Source: an uncultured virus (IMG/VR IMGVR_UViG_2795385501_000005)
Taxonomy: Duplodnaviria; Heunggongvirae; Uroviricota; Caudoviricetes
IMG/VR virus record: IMGVR_UViG_2795385501_000005
Span: 49,932 to 69,931 of that record
Reading direction: 5' to 3' (one strand)
Length of the DNA: 20,000 nt
The notes beneath the pieces were generated by a model. It was not told the origin of the DNA, ran no database searches, and saw only the letters and a list, made by a program, of their open reading frames with translations. Positions 1 through 7,782 of this stretch are shown here, piece by piece; the first letter of the stretch is position 1; the number at the start of each line of letters is the position of its first letter. Made by a program: the position numbers and the translations under genes.

Positions 1-111
1 ATTAATCCCAGTGCCGACATCTCGCTTAGCCGCTTCTTTTTGGGCGTAGGTTTCACCCTTGTTAAGCATCAAGAAGCAATACACGCATACGGATTGCGGT
101 AACTGAGTCAT
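1..111 (-). CDS. Small nin-region protein, 5' part only (MTQLPQSVCVYCFLMLNKGETYAQ...), runs off the window
   Basis: ATG at 111 overlaps the phosphatase stop (ATGA), preceded by GGAG; frame open to base 1; contains CxxC. Confidence 0.5.
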   Translation of the reverse strand, partial: MTQLPQSVCVYCFLMLNKGETYAQKEAAKRDVGTGIN

Positions 112-779
112 GCCTGCTCCCCTTGAATCTGGATAACTGTTAACTCACGCCCAAATACCGCACCAGTGTCGATATAGAATTGGTTTTTAAATTGGCTGGG
201 TTTACTCATTGGCGTATGGCCGAAGATAAACTGCTTTGCCCCAGTTATTTCTGCACCTAAACCATCCATAGCGTCACCCACGCGATCCCGATTCCAAATA
301 ACAAGCTCCTCACTAACCGGCTTTCCGTAATAATATTCATTGCCAGGGTAGTCGGCGTGGGCCACTACATATTTACCGCTGTCAGTTGTCACTTCGATCA
401 CCAGCGGCAGCGCAGCGGCCTGATTAATTAAGCTGGTTGCCAATAGTTTTTGGTCGGGGTCGAGACAGAAAAACCACATTCCGCCGTTAGCTACCCAGCA
501 TTCAGCCATTCCATATTTTCCATCCAGTGCATCAATCGCCATTTGCTCATGATTGCCACGAACCGCACGAAACCAAGGCTGCGTTATCAGGTCGAGGCAT
601 TCGACGTTCTGTGAACCTCGGTCAATCAGGTCGCCTACGGATATCAGCAAGTCTTTGCTCTCATCGAAATCTACTGAGAGTAATTTCTCATCGAGCTTAT
701 TCAGGCAGCCGTGGATATCACCAACGACAAATATTCGTCGGTAATCGGCCCCGTTAATCTTTTGGTAAATATCAGGCAT
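108..779 (-). CDS. ninI: Serine/threonine protein phosphatase, lambda NinI/PrpA-like metallophosphoesterase
   Basis: Motifs GDIHG, GDLIDRG, RGNHE, FGHT, IDTG; located in the nin region. Confidence 0.92.
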   Translation of the reverse strand: MPDIYQKINGADYRRIFVVGDIHGCLNKLDEKLLSVDFDESKDLLISVGDLIDRGSQNVECLDLITQPWFRAVRGNHEQMAIDALDGKYGMAECWVANGGMWFFCLDPDQKLLATSLINQAAALPLVIEVTTDSGKYVVAHADYPGNEYYYGKPVSEELVIWNRDRVGDAMDGLGAEITGAKQFIFGHTPMSKPSQFKNQFYIDTGAVFGRELTVIQIQGEQA

Positions 780-945
780 TCTTTCTACTCCTGAGTCTTA
801 GCCAGCGTTTAGCTAATAACGGATAGATAGCGTCATATGTGGGTATTTCGCTGGCGGGGATTGGGGGTTTAGGTTTGGTTCGGGATGTCTTGCGGAAGAT
901 AAGATTGTCTAGGGCGAAAACTATGCTGCTTTGCCTTTGTCGCAT
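772..945 (-). CDS. ninE: NinE-family protein
   Basis: MRQRQSS...KPKPPIPASEIPTYD...RWLRLRSRK resembles lambda/P22 NinE; probable start at 945 rather than 960. Confidence 0.75.
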   Translation of the reverse strand: MRQRQSSIVFALDNLIFRKTSRTKPKPPIPASEIPTYDAIYPLLAKRWLRLRSRKNA

Positions 946-1391
946 GGTGTATTTCCCCACCGGTTAGCCCACTCGATTTCCAGCTTGGATGCATCGCTGA
1001 ATATCACGCCCTGCTCAGTGCCGAACCAGTAGATAGCCTCGATAACCTCCACCATCTCACTCACTCGCATCTTGCTAGTACGCTGGCCGAACATCACCAC
1101 CCCGCCGCCGATTCCAGGAGCCGTACGCTGATCCTGATTTTTGGCCTTAGCCACCATCGCAGTAATCAGGTCTTTCCAGTCAGCTTCATCGTACTTCTCA
1201 CCGAACCAGAGAACCTGTTTTGATAGGTCGTGCAAAAGTGGCCACATTTTCCGATTCTGGTCATTGCTGCGTTTCTTCTCCTGAATGAGAACCTCAATCG
1301 GCTTTTTCTCATCAAGCGGCACACTGCGGATCGCTGCTATGGCGTTGTCACGTACCTGGGTATTTCGGAGTAGATAGGTATGCTTTGTCAT
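921..1391 (-). CDS. ninB: NinB/Orf (YbcN-like) recombination mediator
   Basis: RSNDQNRKMWPLLHDLSKQVLW...WKDL...GQRTSKM signature of NinB. Confidence 0.9.
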   Translation of the reverse strand: MTKHTYLLRNTQVRDNAIAAIRSVPLDEKKPIEVLIQEKKRSNDQNRKMWPLLHDLSKQVLWFGEKYDEADWKDLITAMVAKAKNQDQRTAPGIGGGVVMFGQRTSKMRVSEMVEVIEAIYWFGTEQGVIFSDASKLEIEWANRWGNTPCDKGKAA

Positions 1392-1789
1392 AGTGGCTTC
1401 TCCGGTGCGGCGGCTAGCATATTGGCATAGCGCTCTTGCATACTTTCAAAGCTGCCTGTTAATCCCAATAGCGTGAGCATGGCTAAAGTTGCCTCTTTCG
1501 GTAATAGTTTCCAACCTTCCGGAATTACCGGAGAGTTCAACTGTGGGGCGAGATAGACAGGGATATCACCTGCACCGCCCTCAGGCCAAATATCAGCATC
1601 AGAACCGGATCGAAGATAATCCAAATGGTTTTGCTCTAAATAACCAACAGGCTCAGCCCTCTTTGCAGCTAACGCGATGCGGGCTAGTGCTGCGATTTCC
1701 CTGAAATTAATCAGATTAGTGACTCTGTTTGGTCGATAATCGCAAAGGCTTTCTAGTCTCTCAGATGTAAATCTATCTAATTCTTTCAT
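1388..1789 (-). CDS. Hypothetical phage protein (EaA/Ea22-like mosaic, 133 aa)
   Basis: Translationally coupled ORF; LARIALAA...EPVGY...PVIPEGWKL...MLAAAP segments typical of lambdoid ea/nin accessory proteins. Confidence 0.7.
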   Translation of the reverse strand: MKELDRFTSERLESLCDYRPNRVTNLINFREIAALARIALAAKRAEPVGYLEQNHLDYLRSGSDADIWPEGGAGDIPVYLAPQLNSPVIPEGWKLLPKEATLAMLTLLGLTGSFESMQERYANMLAAAPEKPL

Positions 1790-1941
1790 GGCTTTACCTC
1801 AACGTTAATAAACCCGCCACAGCCACACTTTGGGCAGCATTTTCTTTTGGTGCCAGAAGACTCATCACTCATGACAACCCTCTCTAGCTTCAAGTGGTGA
1901 TATCTGCATGCTACGCACATTACGGCTTCCGTTGTTTTCAT
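1786..1941 (-). CDS. 51-aa zinc-ribbon microprotein (MKTTEAVMCVACRYHH...KCCPKCGCGGFINVEVKP), absent from the ORF track
   Basis: ATGA overlaps with both neighbours; CxxC and CPKC motifs. Confidence 0.75.
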   Translation of the reverse strand: MKTTEAVMCVACRYHHLKLERVVMSDESSGTKRKCCPKCGCGGFINVEVKP

Positions 1942-2234
1942 TCACTCTCTCCCTTGATTCGAATGCCAGCAGTTCGGAGGGCGTTGGCGGTGGCACTCAA
2001 CCCTTCGTTGTAGGCGGTATCAGTGTCGAAGTTTTCATCTCGCTGGTCTGGAAACTCCACCTCAATGCTTTCTCGCGACGCTTGCCACGCTGTCCGCATA
2101 TCTAACACTGACGCTTTAGCTAAGTTGGTTAACTCGCCATCGTCGCCACACTCAAATGCAAGGCGGTAAGTCGTTGGGATTTTCGATTTAAGCCAAGCTT
2201 CAAACTCTTCCCGCGATTTAGTTATGTCCATCAT
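1938..2234 (-). CDS. Hypothetical phage protein (98 aa)
   Basis: Coupled ORF; SREEFEAW...AWQASR...GIRIKG pattern is common in lambdoid phages. Confidence 0.75.
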   Translation of the reverse strand: MMDITKSREEFEAWLKSKIPTTYRLAFECGDDGELTNLAKASVLDMRTAWQASRESIEVEFPDQRDENFDTDTAYNEGLSATANALRTAGIRIKGESE

Positions 2235-2413
2235 GCAGCCCTCTTCGATTCGTATCTGGCGCAGGTGATAGCAGTCCAGGCAATCAGTTGTGCGCGTTTC
2301 ATGTGAAGCTCCTTCAGCCGGTCAAGCCAGATAAATACCGGGCCGGTGTAGCCGTTGTGAGCAAGGCGAATATATTGCTCAATGGTTAATTCATCTTCGC
2401 GAGTCAGTTCCAT
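2231..2413 (-). CDS. Hypothetical phage protein (60 aa)
   Basis: Start overlaps the helicase stop (TAATG); stop overlaps the next ATG. Confidence 0.65.
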   Translation of the reverse strand: MELTREDELTIEQYIRLAHNGYTGPVFIWLDRLKELHMKRAQLIAWTAITCARYESKRAA

Positions 2414-3816
2414 TAGAAACCACCTTGTTTTTTAGTTGACCGGCGCTCAGATTCAGCCGCCTTTGCTTTAGCCTGATCCTGGTTGCAGTCATAGATTGCG
2501 CCATGACGTTGCTCGACGAATACCACCCCGCCGCTGCCGTGCCGGTTAAGCCGGAGTAGTAATTCGGTGTCCTGCTGATTGGCGTTTTCGTCGTAAGCAC
2601 CTTCGCGGTATATTCCCAGCCAGTAATCACAGTCTTGCTCAATCTGTCCTGTGTCGCGGGAGTCGCTTGGTTGAGGCCGCTTATTGACGCGCCTTTCTAA
2701 ATCACGGTTTAGCTGAGTCAGCAGAACGACAACGCAATCAAGTTCTTTGGCGAGGTTCTTTAGCCCCTTGGTGATCATCCCGTAAGCCAGATCATTACGG
2801 TCTGCTTTTTCGGCTGACATCAGTGTGAGGTAGTCAACTAATACCATGCCTACAACACCACGTTCGCGCTTGATGCGGCGGCACTCAGAAACGATGTGAG
2901 ACAGTGAAAGTCCCGGCGTATCGTCGATGTACAGATTGCCACTTCTCGCCAGCTCTAACCCTTTCGCAGACGCCAACGCAAAACGGTTATCGTCGTACCC
3001 ATCAAGATAAAAATTACTGCTGGATACTCCTGAGGCTTGGGAAATCATGCCTTCGCCAAGCTGCACATCAGGCATTTCAAGGCTAAACGCCAGCGCCGGG
3101 AGATTCTCATTCAGTGCGCAGTTGATAGCCATGTTTGAATAGAGCGTTGTCTTACCCATTTTGGGGCGGGCACCAACCACGAACAGTGACCCTTTCACAA
3201 TTCGCTTAGGTTCCAGCATGGCGTCCAGTGATGCGATCCCGCTGGTTAACCCAACAGCTCGCGGGTCACCGGAAAGTCGTTGTTCGACAACATCAACCCA
3301 ATCTGAGAACACACTCTCGAATGTTCGCAGTCCTCTGCGGTTACCTGTCTTGGCGTGATCTGTGATCTCGGTAGATAGCGCCTGTATCGCCTCAAGCTTT
3401 TGGGTCGCCGTCATACCGTTGTTGGCATAAAGCAACTCGGTCATCGCATTTGTTTTGGCAATGCTGTAACGAGTGATCGCCTTATCGCGTACTTCCATCG
3501 CGTAATGCACGATATTCGCGGCGCTGGGGGTGTTCTTCGATAGCTCTGCCATGTAAGCAAAACCACCTACAGTGCTGCTAATCCCCTTGTTCTCCATCTG
3601 GTTGAATAGTGTCAGAAGGTCAATAGGGATCTGCCTGCTAACCAAGTCTTTAATTTCAGAAAAAATAACTTGGTGCGGGCGGGTGTAAAACGATTCGGGT
3701 TTCAGCATGGACAGGACTTTAGCAACGTTATCACTGCCGTCATCCAGCATCAGGCCGCCAAGAACACTCTGTTCTGCGTCGAGGTTGTGTGGTGGTGTTT
3801 TGTAATCAACGGTCAT
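2413..3816 (-). CDS. dnaB: Phage replicative DNA helicase, DnaB family (P22 gp12-like)
   Basis: N-terminal PPHNLDAEQSVLGGLML, Walker A GARPKMGKT, FSLEM, VDYL, QLNR, RDTGQIEQDCD; probable start MTVDY at 3816 overlapping the end of O. Confidence 0.95.
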   Translation of the reverse strand: MTVDYKTPPHNLDAEQSVLGGLMLDDGSDNVAKVLSMLKPESFYTRPHQVIFSEIKDLVSRQIPIDLLTLFNQMENKGISSTVGGFAYMAELSKNTPSAANIVHYAMEVRDKAITRYSIAKTNAMTELLYANNGMTATQKLEAIQALSTEITDHAKTGNRRGLRTFESVFSDWVDVVEQRLSGDPRAVGLTSGIASLDAMLEPKRIVKGSLFVVGARPKMGKTTLYSNMAINCALNENLPALAFSLEMPDVQLGEGMISQASGVSSSNFYLDGYDDNRFALASAKGLELARSGNLYIDDTPGLSLSHIVSECRRIKRERGVVGMVLVDYLTLMSAEKADRNDLAYGMITKGLKNLAKELDCVVVLLTQLNRDLERRVNKRPQPSDSRDTGQIEQDCDYWLGIYREGAYDENANQQDTELLLRLNRHGSGGVVFVEQRHGAIYDCNQDQAKAKAAESERRSTKKQGGF

Positions 3817-4690
3817 CCTTGGCCCCCTCTCGGACTTGAAGATAAGTTTCATCGTTCAGGAAATACTCCAACCCTTTTTTCTGCCACGTCTTTCCGGAGC
3901 GAGTATCAGGGCGGTCTTCCAGCATCCAGCGGCAATTGGTGGAAATGTAAGTCAGGTAGGCTTTCCAGCTTTCCAGCGTGAATGGCTGGCTGTCCAGTTG
4001 GCGAGTTATCTTGCTGGCTTTCACCCAGAAGGTTTTGATCAGGTTGCGTCGCTTGTCACTGAGTGCTCTTATGCCTTTGGCTTCTGGCAGAATGTCGTGA
4101 TAAGCATTGACCACATCTTCACAACTGAATGACGGTTTTTTCTTTTCCGGTTTATCGGCTGAAGAGGGACTCTCTATTACGTTAGTAATAGAGTTATTAG
4201 TTATTTCATTGTTTGTGGCACTTTGTTGGTAATCTGTTGGCACAACCTCCGCGCCAGCGCTTGGCGTAAGCGGCTTTGCGTTGGCACTTTGTTGGTAATC
4301 TGTTGGCACTAAATTTGGCTGATATTCGTCGTATTTTGTGACGTAAATTAATGAGAATTTCTTGGTGGTTGACTTGGTGATCATCCCAAGTTTTTCAAAC
4401 TTACCGATGAGATATTTAATGCGGTTACCGGTAATACCGGTTGCCAGTTCCAGCTTATTTCTGCCAGTCATAAACTCTCCACGACGAACCATGACATCAC
4501 CCAGCTCAGTATTAACTATTGCCGGTGCGTGATTAGCGGTAAGTATGAAATGTATCCACAGGTGAACTGCCTCAGAATCCGTCCTGTAGAAGGGCAGTTC
4601 CATTATTTTTCTATGCATCAAGGCAAACCCCTTACCGGTTGCCTCCGGCCTTGCTGTGTCTGGTTGACGAAACGCTAAGACGTTACTCAT
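3806..4690 (-). CDS. Phage replication initiator (O / gp18-like)
   Basis: Lies between cII and the helicase; N-terminal wHTH-like GFALMHRKI...RGEFMTGRNKL; internal iterons. Confidence 0.88.
   Translation of the reverse strand: MSNVLAFRQPDTARPEATGKGFALMHRKIMELPFYRTDSEAVHLWIHFILTANHAPAIVNTELGDVMVRRGEFMTGRNKLELATGITGNRIKYLIGKFEKLGMITKSTTKKFSLIYVTKYDEYQPNLVPTDYQQSANAKPLTPSAGAEVVPTDYQQSATNNEITNNSITNVIESPSSADKPEKKKPSFSCEDVVNAYHDILPEAKGIRALSDKRRNLIKTFWVKASKITRQLDSQPFTLESWKAYLTYISTNCRWMLEDRPDTRSGKTWQKKGLEYFLNDETYLQVREGAKDDR
4172..4309. repeat. Replication origin: two 28-bp direct repeats TGGCACTTTGTTGGTAATCTGTTGGCAC (4216-4243, 4282-4309), adjacent AT-rich tract and palindrome CTCTATTAC-N4-GTAATAGAG (4172-4193)
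   Basis: Exact repeats 66 bp apart with TTGG sub-repeats every 11 bp; lambdoid origins lie inside the initiator gene. Confidence 0.8.
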
Positions 4691-4850
4691 TGGCCTTCCC
4701 TCTTCTCGCTTCTATGCCGCGGAATATCTCTGCAAACTTGCGGCCAAAAACGTGGTTGTCATTGCAGACCATGAGAAGCTCATCAGGCTTTGCCGCCCGT
4801 TGATATTGAGTAGCGTCTGACGTATTGCTATTTGGTTTTTTCTTTCGCAT
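4683..4850 (-). CDS. 55-aa small protein between cII and O (MRKKKPNSNTSD...RRGKANE)
   Basis: AGGAG RBS; stop overlaps the O start; same position as small ORFs in P22/HK022-type phages. Confidence 0.7.
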   Translation of the reverse strand: MRKKKPNSNTSDATQYQRAAKPDELLMVCNDNHVFGRKFAEIFRGIEARRGKANE

Positions 4851-4874
4851 AATTACTCCTGTTGTTTTGTCCAG
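4825..4874 (+). promoter_or_regulatory. pO (oop promoter) with overlapping LexA-box-like site
   Basis: TTGCTA(4825-4830)-N17-CATAAT(4848-4853); CTGT-N8-CCAG at 4859-4874 over the start site, as in lambda pO. Confidence 0.7.
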
Positions 4875-4931
4875 TTAAAACGACATTGTTATCTGCTCTG
4901 CTGAATCCCTGGTGGCCGCCGGGGATTTTTG
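4861..4931 (+). ncRNA. oop: OOP antisense RNA (anti-cII)
   Basis: Starts GTTG...TCCAGT like lambda OOP, is complementary to the cII 3' end, and ends in hairpin AATCCCTGG-TGGCCG-CCGGGGATT plus T-run. Confidence 0.75.
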
Positions 4932-5171
4932 TTTTGCGAGCAGCAACGCCACTGACTTAGCCAGCCTTGCCATCTCGTCATCGACCACTCCCCACTCCAA
5001 AACAGCCAGAAGCATTGATATCTTCGGAATGAAGCTTTCTTTCCAGCGTGATATCTGTGACTTATCAACGCCAACAGCGTCAGCAATATCAGTGACGCCT
5101 CGTAATGCAATCTTGTTCAGTAGTTGGCTCTCAATGATTCGAGCCTTGTTGCGTGTGCTTGCACGTTCCAT
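4875..5171 (-). CDS. cII: CII transcriptional activator
   Basis: AVGVDKSQISRWK...IPKISMLLAVLEWGVVDDEMARLA closely matches lambda CII. Confidence 0.96.
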   Translation of the reverse strand: MERASTRNKARIIESQLLNKIALRGVTDIADAVGVDKSQISRWKESFIPKISMLLAVLEWGVVDDEMARLAKSVALLLAKQKSPAATRDSAEQITMSF

Positions 5172-5181
5172 GCGTAATACT
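5149..5181 (+). promoter_or_regulatory. pRE, CII-activated repressor establishment promoter
   Basis: TTGC-GTGTGC-TTGC at 5149-5162 (lambda CII site TTGC-N6-TTGC) in the cII 5' end, with a -10-like TAATACT at 5175-5181. Confidence 0.85.
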
Positions 5182-5234
5182 TCCCTTTCTGATTAAGTGC
5201 GTAGTCAGTCCGTGGGATTGACCACTTTGTTGGT

Positions 5235-5271
5235 GCCCTCGAGTCAGGGCGGTTAAGTTGTGTAAAGAGCG
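5235..5271 (-). promoter_or_regulatory. nutR (boxA CGCTCTTTA, boxB GCCCT-GACTCG-AGGGC)
   Basis: Immediately downstream of cro; consensus boxA and stem-loop matching nutL. Confidence 0.88.
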
Positions 5272-5277
5272 GTGTTT

Positions 5278-5487
5278 CTATGCAGCTTTTGGCGGGAAAA
5301 TTTCATCTAATGTGTCGTTGCTTCCCAACTCATTAAGCGCCATTACTATTCGACGACATGACTCAAGATCAGGAACTCGGATACCTGATTCATAGTTGGC
5401 AACTCGTGACTGTTTCCAACCGCAGGTGTTTGCAAGAACTGACTGAGTGACGCCAAGTTTTTTCCGTACTGTGGCAATTTGATTCAT
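5278..5487 (-). CDS. cro: Cro-like HTH repressor
   Basis: 69-aa XRE HTH (TQSVLANTCGWKQSRVANYESG), divergent from cI. Confidence 0.92.
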   Translation of the reverse strand: MNQIATVRKKLGVTQSVLANTCGWKQSRVANYESGIRVPDLESCRRIVMALNELGSNDTLDEIFPPKAA

Positions 5488-5518
5488 TTGGTTTTCCTTA
5501 ATGATTCACTCAACCTCA

Positions 5519-5547
5519 ATTAAACACGTTTTGTGTTTTAATTTCAA
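5519..5547 (-). promoter_or_regulatory. pR promoter
   Basis: TTGAAA-N17-TTTAAT on the minus strand upstream of cro, overlapped by operators. Confidence 0.75.
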
Positions 5548-5584
5548 CACAAATCGTGAAAGCCAATTAACACGGATTGTGGTA
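5522..5584. promoter_or_regulatory. OR1-OR3 operators, 17-bp palindromes of the form AACAC-N5-GTG
   Basis: AAACAC-GTTTT-GTGTTT (5522-5538), CAACAC-AAATC-GTGAAA (5545-5561), TAACAC-GGATT-GTGGTA (5568-5584), 23-bp period; same motif at pL. Confidence 0.85.
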
Positions 5585-5589
5585 AATAG

Positions 5590-6249
5590 ATGTGCATGAA
5601 TACGAATGATGAAATTGCAAAAAGGCTGAAAAGCCTTAGAGAAAATAAAGGCCTTACCCAAGGGGCCTTGGCAAGCCTGTGCGGATGGAAATCACAGTCA
5701 AGAATTGGGAATTATGAATCTGGCGCTAGAAAATTAAGCACTAGCGATGCAGAAACAATCGCTAAGGTTTTGGGGGTTTCGGCATCTCAAATTCTTTTTG
5801 GCGATCAGGAGCCATCAAATTTTTCTTACGTTGGCCCTAATATCAAGGGGGAGAAATATCCACTAATCAGTTGGGTTAGTGCCGGGGCATGGTGCGAAGC
5901 TATTGAACCCTACGCACTAAAAGATATCGATGAGTGGTTTCAGTCAGACGCGAGAATTGAAGGTAATGGCTTTTGGTTGCGTGTTGAGGGTGACTCGATG
6001 ACAGCCCCTACTGGGCTTAGCATTCCTGAAGATACACTCGTTCTTTTCGATACTGGAAGAGAAGCAAGAAACGGCAGTCTAGTTATTGCGAAGCTGGAAA
6101 CAGCTAACGAAGCTACATTTAAAAAACTGATCATTGACGGCGGAGCTAAATATTTGCGTGGTCTTAACCCCGCATGGCCTCTTGTGCCGATTAATGGGAA
6201 TTGCAAAATCATTGGCGTAGCTGTCGAAACCAAAATGCGGTTAGTCTAA
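5590..6249 (+). CDS. cI: CI repressor (XRE HTH plus S24 autopeptidase); start may be 5596
   Basis: HTH, Ala-Gly cleavage site (WVSAG), catalytic Ser (GDSM) and Lys (TFKK); no obvious SD, compatible with a leaderless pRM transcript. Confidence 0.96.
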   Translation: MCMNTNDEIAKRLKSLRENKGLTQGALASLCGWKSQSRIGNYESGARKLSTSDAETIAKVLGVSASQILFGDQEPSNFSYVGPNIKGEKYPLISWVSAGAWCEAIEPYALKDIDEWFQSDARIEGNGFWLRVEGDSMTAPTGLSIPEDTLVLFDTGREARNGSLVIAKLETANEATFKKLIIDGGAKYLRGLNPAWPLVPINGNCKIIGVAVETKMRLV

Positions 6250-6255
6250 TACCCT

Positions 6256-6801
6256 AACCCACTGCTAGCCCTACCAATTTCGGGCACGCCAGCACATAAA
6301 CAAGACGACCGTTAGGTTAGTAACCGAAGCAATTAATGCGACAGTGGCAAGAATATCGGAACCTGAGAAAGACATAGGGATATCTCCATGACATACAGTG
6401 ATGCGGTTGCAACTATTGCAATAATTATATCAGTCGTTGCATTACCTGCAACATACTATTTTGGCTACAAGGCTGCCGTGAGGAACGATAATCGCAAAGA
6501 ATGGAATGCTATTGCGGAACCGATTTTAGCCGAATTGGAGTTGATACAAAGCATATGGGAGGGCAATGATTCGCTAAGCGTCGACCCGCTGCCTTACCAA
6601 AACATAGAAATGCTATCCCGTAGAGTAACTAACAAAAAGAGCAAAGAATTGAAAGCTGTGTGGGATAGATATTATCAATGCAGGGACAGGATAAAACGGC
6701 CTGAACAGCATGATGATATAAGCGCTATCTATCGTGACGGAATTGAGTCAGTAAAAGCACTCAGAAAAATAATGAGGCTTAGGTAAACCCACTGCTAGCC
6801 C
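6256..6801 (+). repeat. Perfect 16-bp direct repeat AACCCACTGCTAGCCC at 6256-6271 and 6786-6801 flanking one gene
   Basis: Exact match read from the sequence; each copy sits at a gene 3' end. Confidence 0.9.
6388..6786 (+). CDS. Hypothetical membrane-anchored protein (132 aa), immunity-region accessory gene
   Basis: N-terminal hydrophobic helix AVATIAIIISVVALPATYYFG followed by a helical soluble domain; AGGGA RBS. Confidence 0.8.
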   Translation: MTYSDAVATIAIIISVVALPATYYFGYKAAVRNDNRKEWNAIAEPILAELELIQSIWEGNDSLSVDPLPYQNIEMLSRRVTNKKSKELKAVWDRYYQCRDRIKRPEQHDDISAIYRDGIESVKALRKIMRLR

Positions 6802-6836
6802 ATAGAGATTTAGCAAATATAAATAAAGGTCTGGTT

Positions 6837-7268
6837 ATGGAAAAAATATCATTTATTTACACCCACGAAATCAGAGAGGGTGATCCAGCCAGGGTGGTTA
6901 GGCAACCAGAACCTTGGATTAAAGTCTCAAATATTCCAGGAAGAATTAATCTTGGAATAATTTTTGGGTTATTCATAAGATCCTATAAAACATATAAAAT
7001 TGTTGTAGATGTCCTCCATGAAGACATTAGTATTATGAATGACACCAAAGACAAGTTATCGGCTGAACCGTTAGTTGCCGCATCCCCTTCAGCTGACGAT
7101 TATGTGAGCATAGAAAGCATGGCTCTTCTTGGATTGAATGTTAAAAATGAAGGCGCGCATAAGGTGGTTTGTTCCATATATTCCTCCCCAGACCAAATAG
7201 AAAATGAGAAAATATTGCATTCAGCTGAGTGTTATTTTTTTGTATCTAAAACGCAGGGAGCGCGCTGA
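6837..7268 (+). CDS. Hypothetical protein (143 aa), probably beta-rich
   Basis: AT-rich ORF with AAGG RBS; TGATG coupling to the next gene. Confidence 0.8.
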   Translation: MEKISFIYTHEIREGDPARVVRQPEPWIKVSNIPGRINLGIIFGLFIRSYKTYKIVVDVLHEDISIMNDTKDKLSAEPLVAASPSADDYVSIESMALLGLNVKNEGAHKVVCSIYSSPDQIENEKILHSAECYFFVSKTQGAR

Positions 7269-7582
7269 TGGTTGAAGCGGTCAACATCATAACCAGAGCC
7301 CCTGTCATTGCAGATGATCAGGATATGGGCGATAATCGTCAACATGGTAGCGGGAATGGAGGAGGTGATGACATGCTTGAAAGAGTAAAAGATTTAGAAA
7401 CCAAAGTCGCCACTCTCGTAACTGACGTGGCCATCATCAAAGATAAACTAGCTTCAAAAGAAGACATCCAATCAGTGAAAACTGAGTTACATAAAGAACT
7501 TAATAATCAAACTTGGAAAATTATTGGATCTCTTGTTGTAGCTGTTTTGATTGCGGTTTTGTCAAAATATTATATCAAGTAA
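7268..7582 (+). CDS. Coiled-coil protein with C-terminal transmembrane helix (104 aa; alternative start 7373)
   Basis: Heptad pattern LERVKDLETKVATLVTDVAIIKDKLASKEDI and C-terminal IIGSLVVAVLIAVLS; XhlA/DUF1640-like architecture by recollection. Confidence 0.8.
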   Translation: MVEAVNIITRAPVIADDQDMGDNRQHGSGNGGGDDMLERVKDLETKVATLVTDVAIIKDKLASKEDIQSVKTELHKELNNQTWKIIGSLVVAVLIAVLSKYYIK

Positions 7583-7597
7583 AATGCTGTCGCTTAG

Positions 7598-7624
7598 AAA
7601 CCCGGCCCCGCTGCCGGGTTTTTT
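7598..7624 (+). terminator. Intrinsic terminator of the cI/accessory transcript (t-imm analogue)
   Basis: AAACCCGGC-CCCGCT-GCCGGGTTT followed by Ts. Confidence 0.88.
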
Positions 7625-7782
7625 GCGCCTGTAATCTGACAATCTCACCACCCTGCCCGCTTTAAACACTACTCACCTCACACTTTTCACGCCTGATATC
7701 CAGGTGCGAAGGGTCACGTCTGAATTATTTTCAAATTAAATTACATTAAAAATCAATAACATCACACTTAAGCGCCCCAATT

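Noticed and set aside
3817..3852. N-terminal extension of the helicase in the ORF track
   Set aside because: Overlaps O extensively; the DnaB-like sequence begins at MTVDYKTPP (3816), coupled to the end of O
5555..5596. Exact pRM promoter call
   Set aside because: Expected here, but no unambiguous -35/-10 pair can be read
6336..6377. 13-aa leader peptide MRQWQEYRNLRKT before the 132-aa gene
   Set aside because: No RBS or attenuator structure is visible; likely a chance ORF
7751..7763. IHF site upstream of pL (AATCAATAACATC)
   Set aside because: Only a partial match to WATCAA-N4-TTR in AT-rich DNA; plausible by analogy to lambda but not supportable from sequence alone
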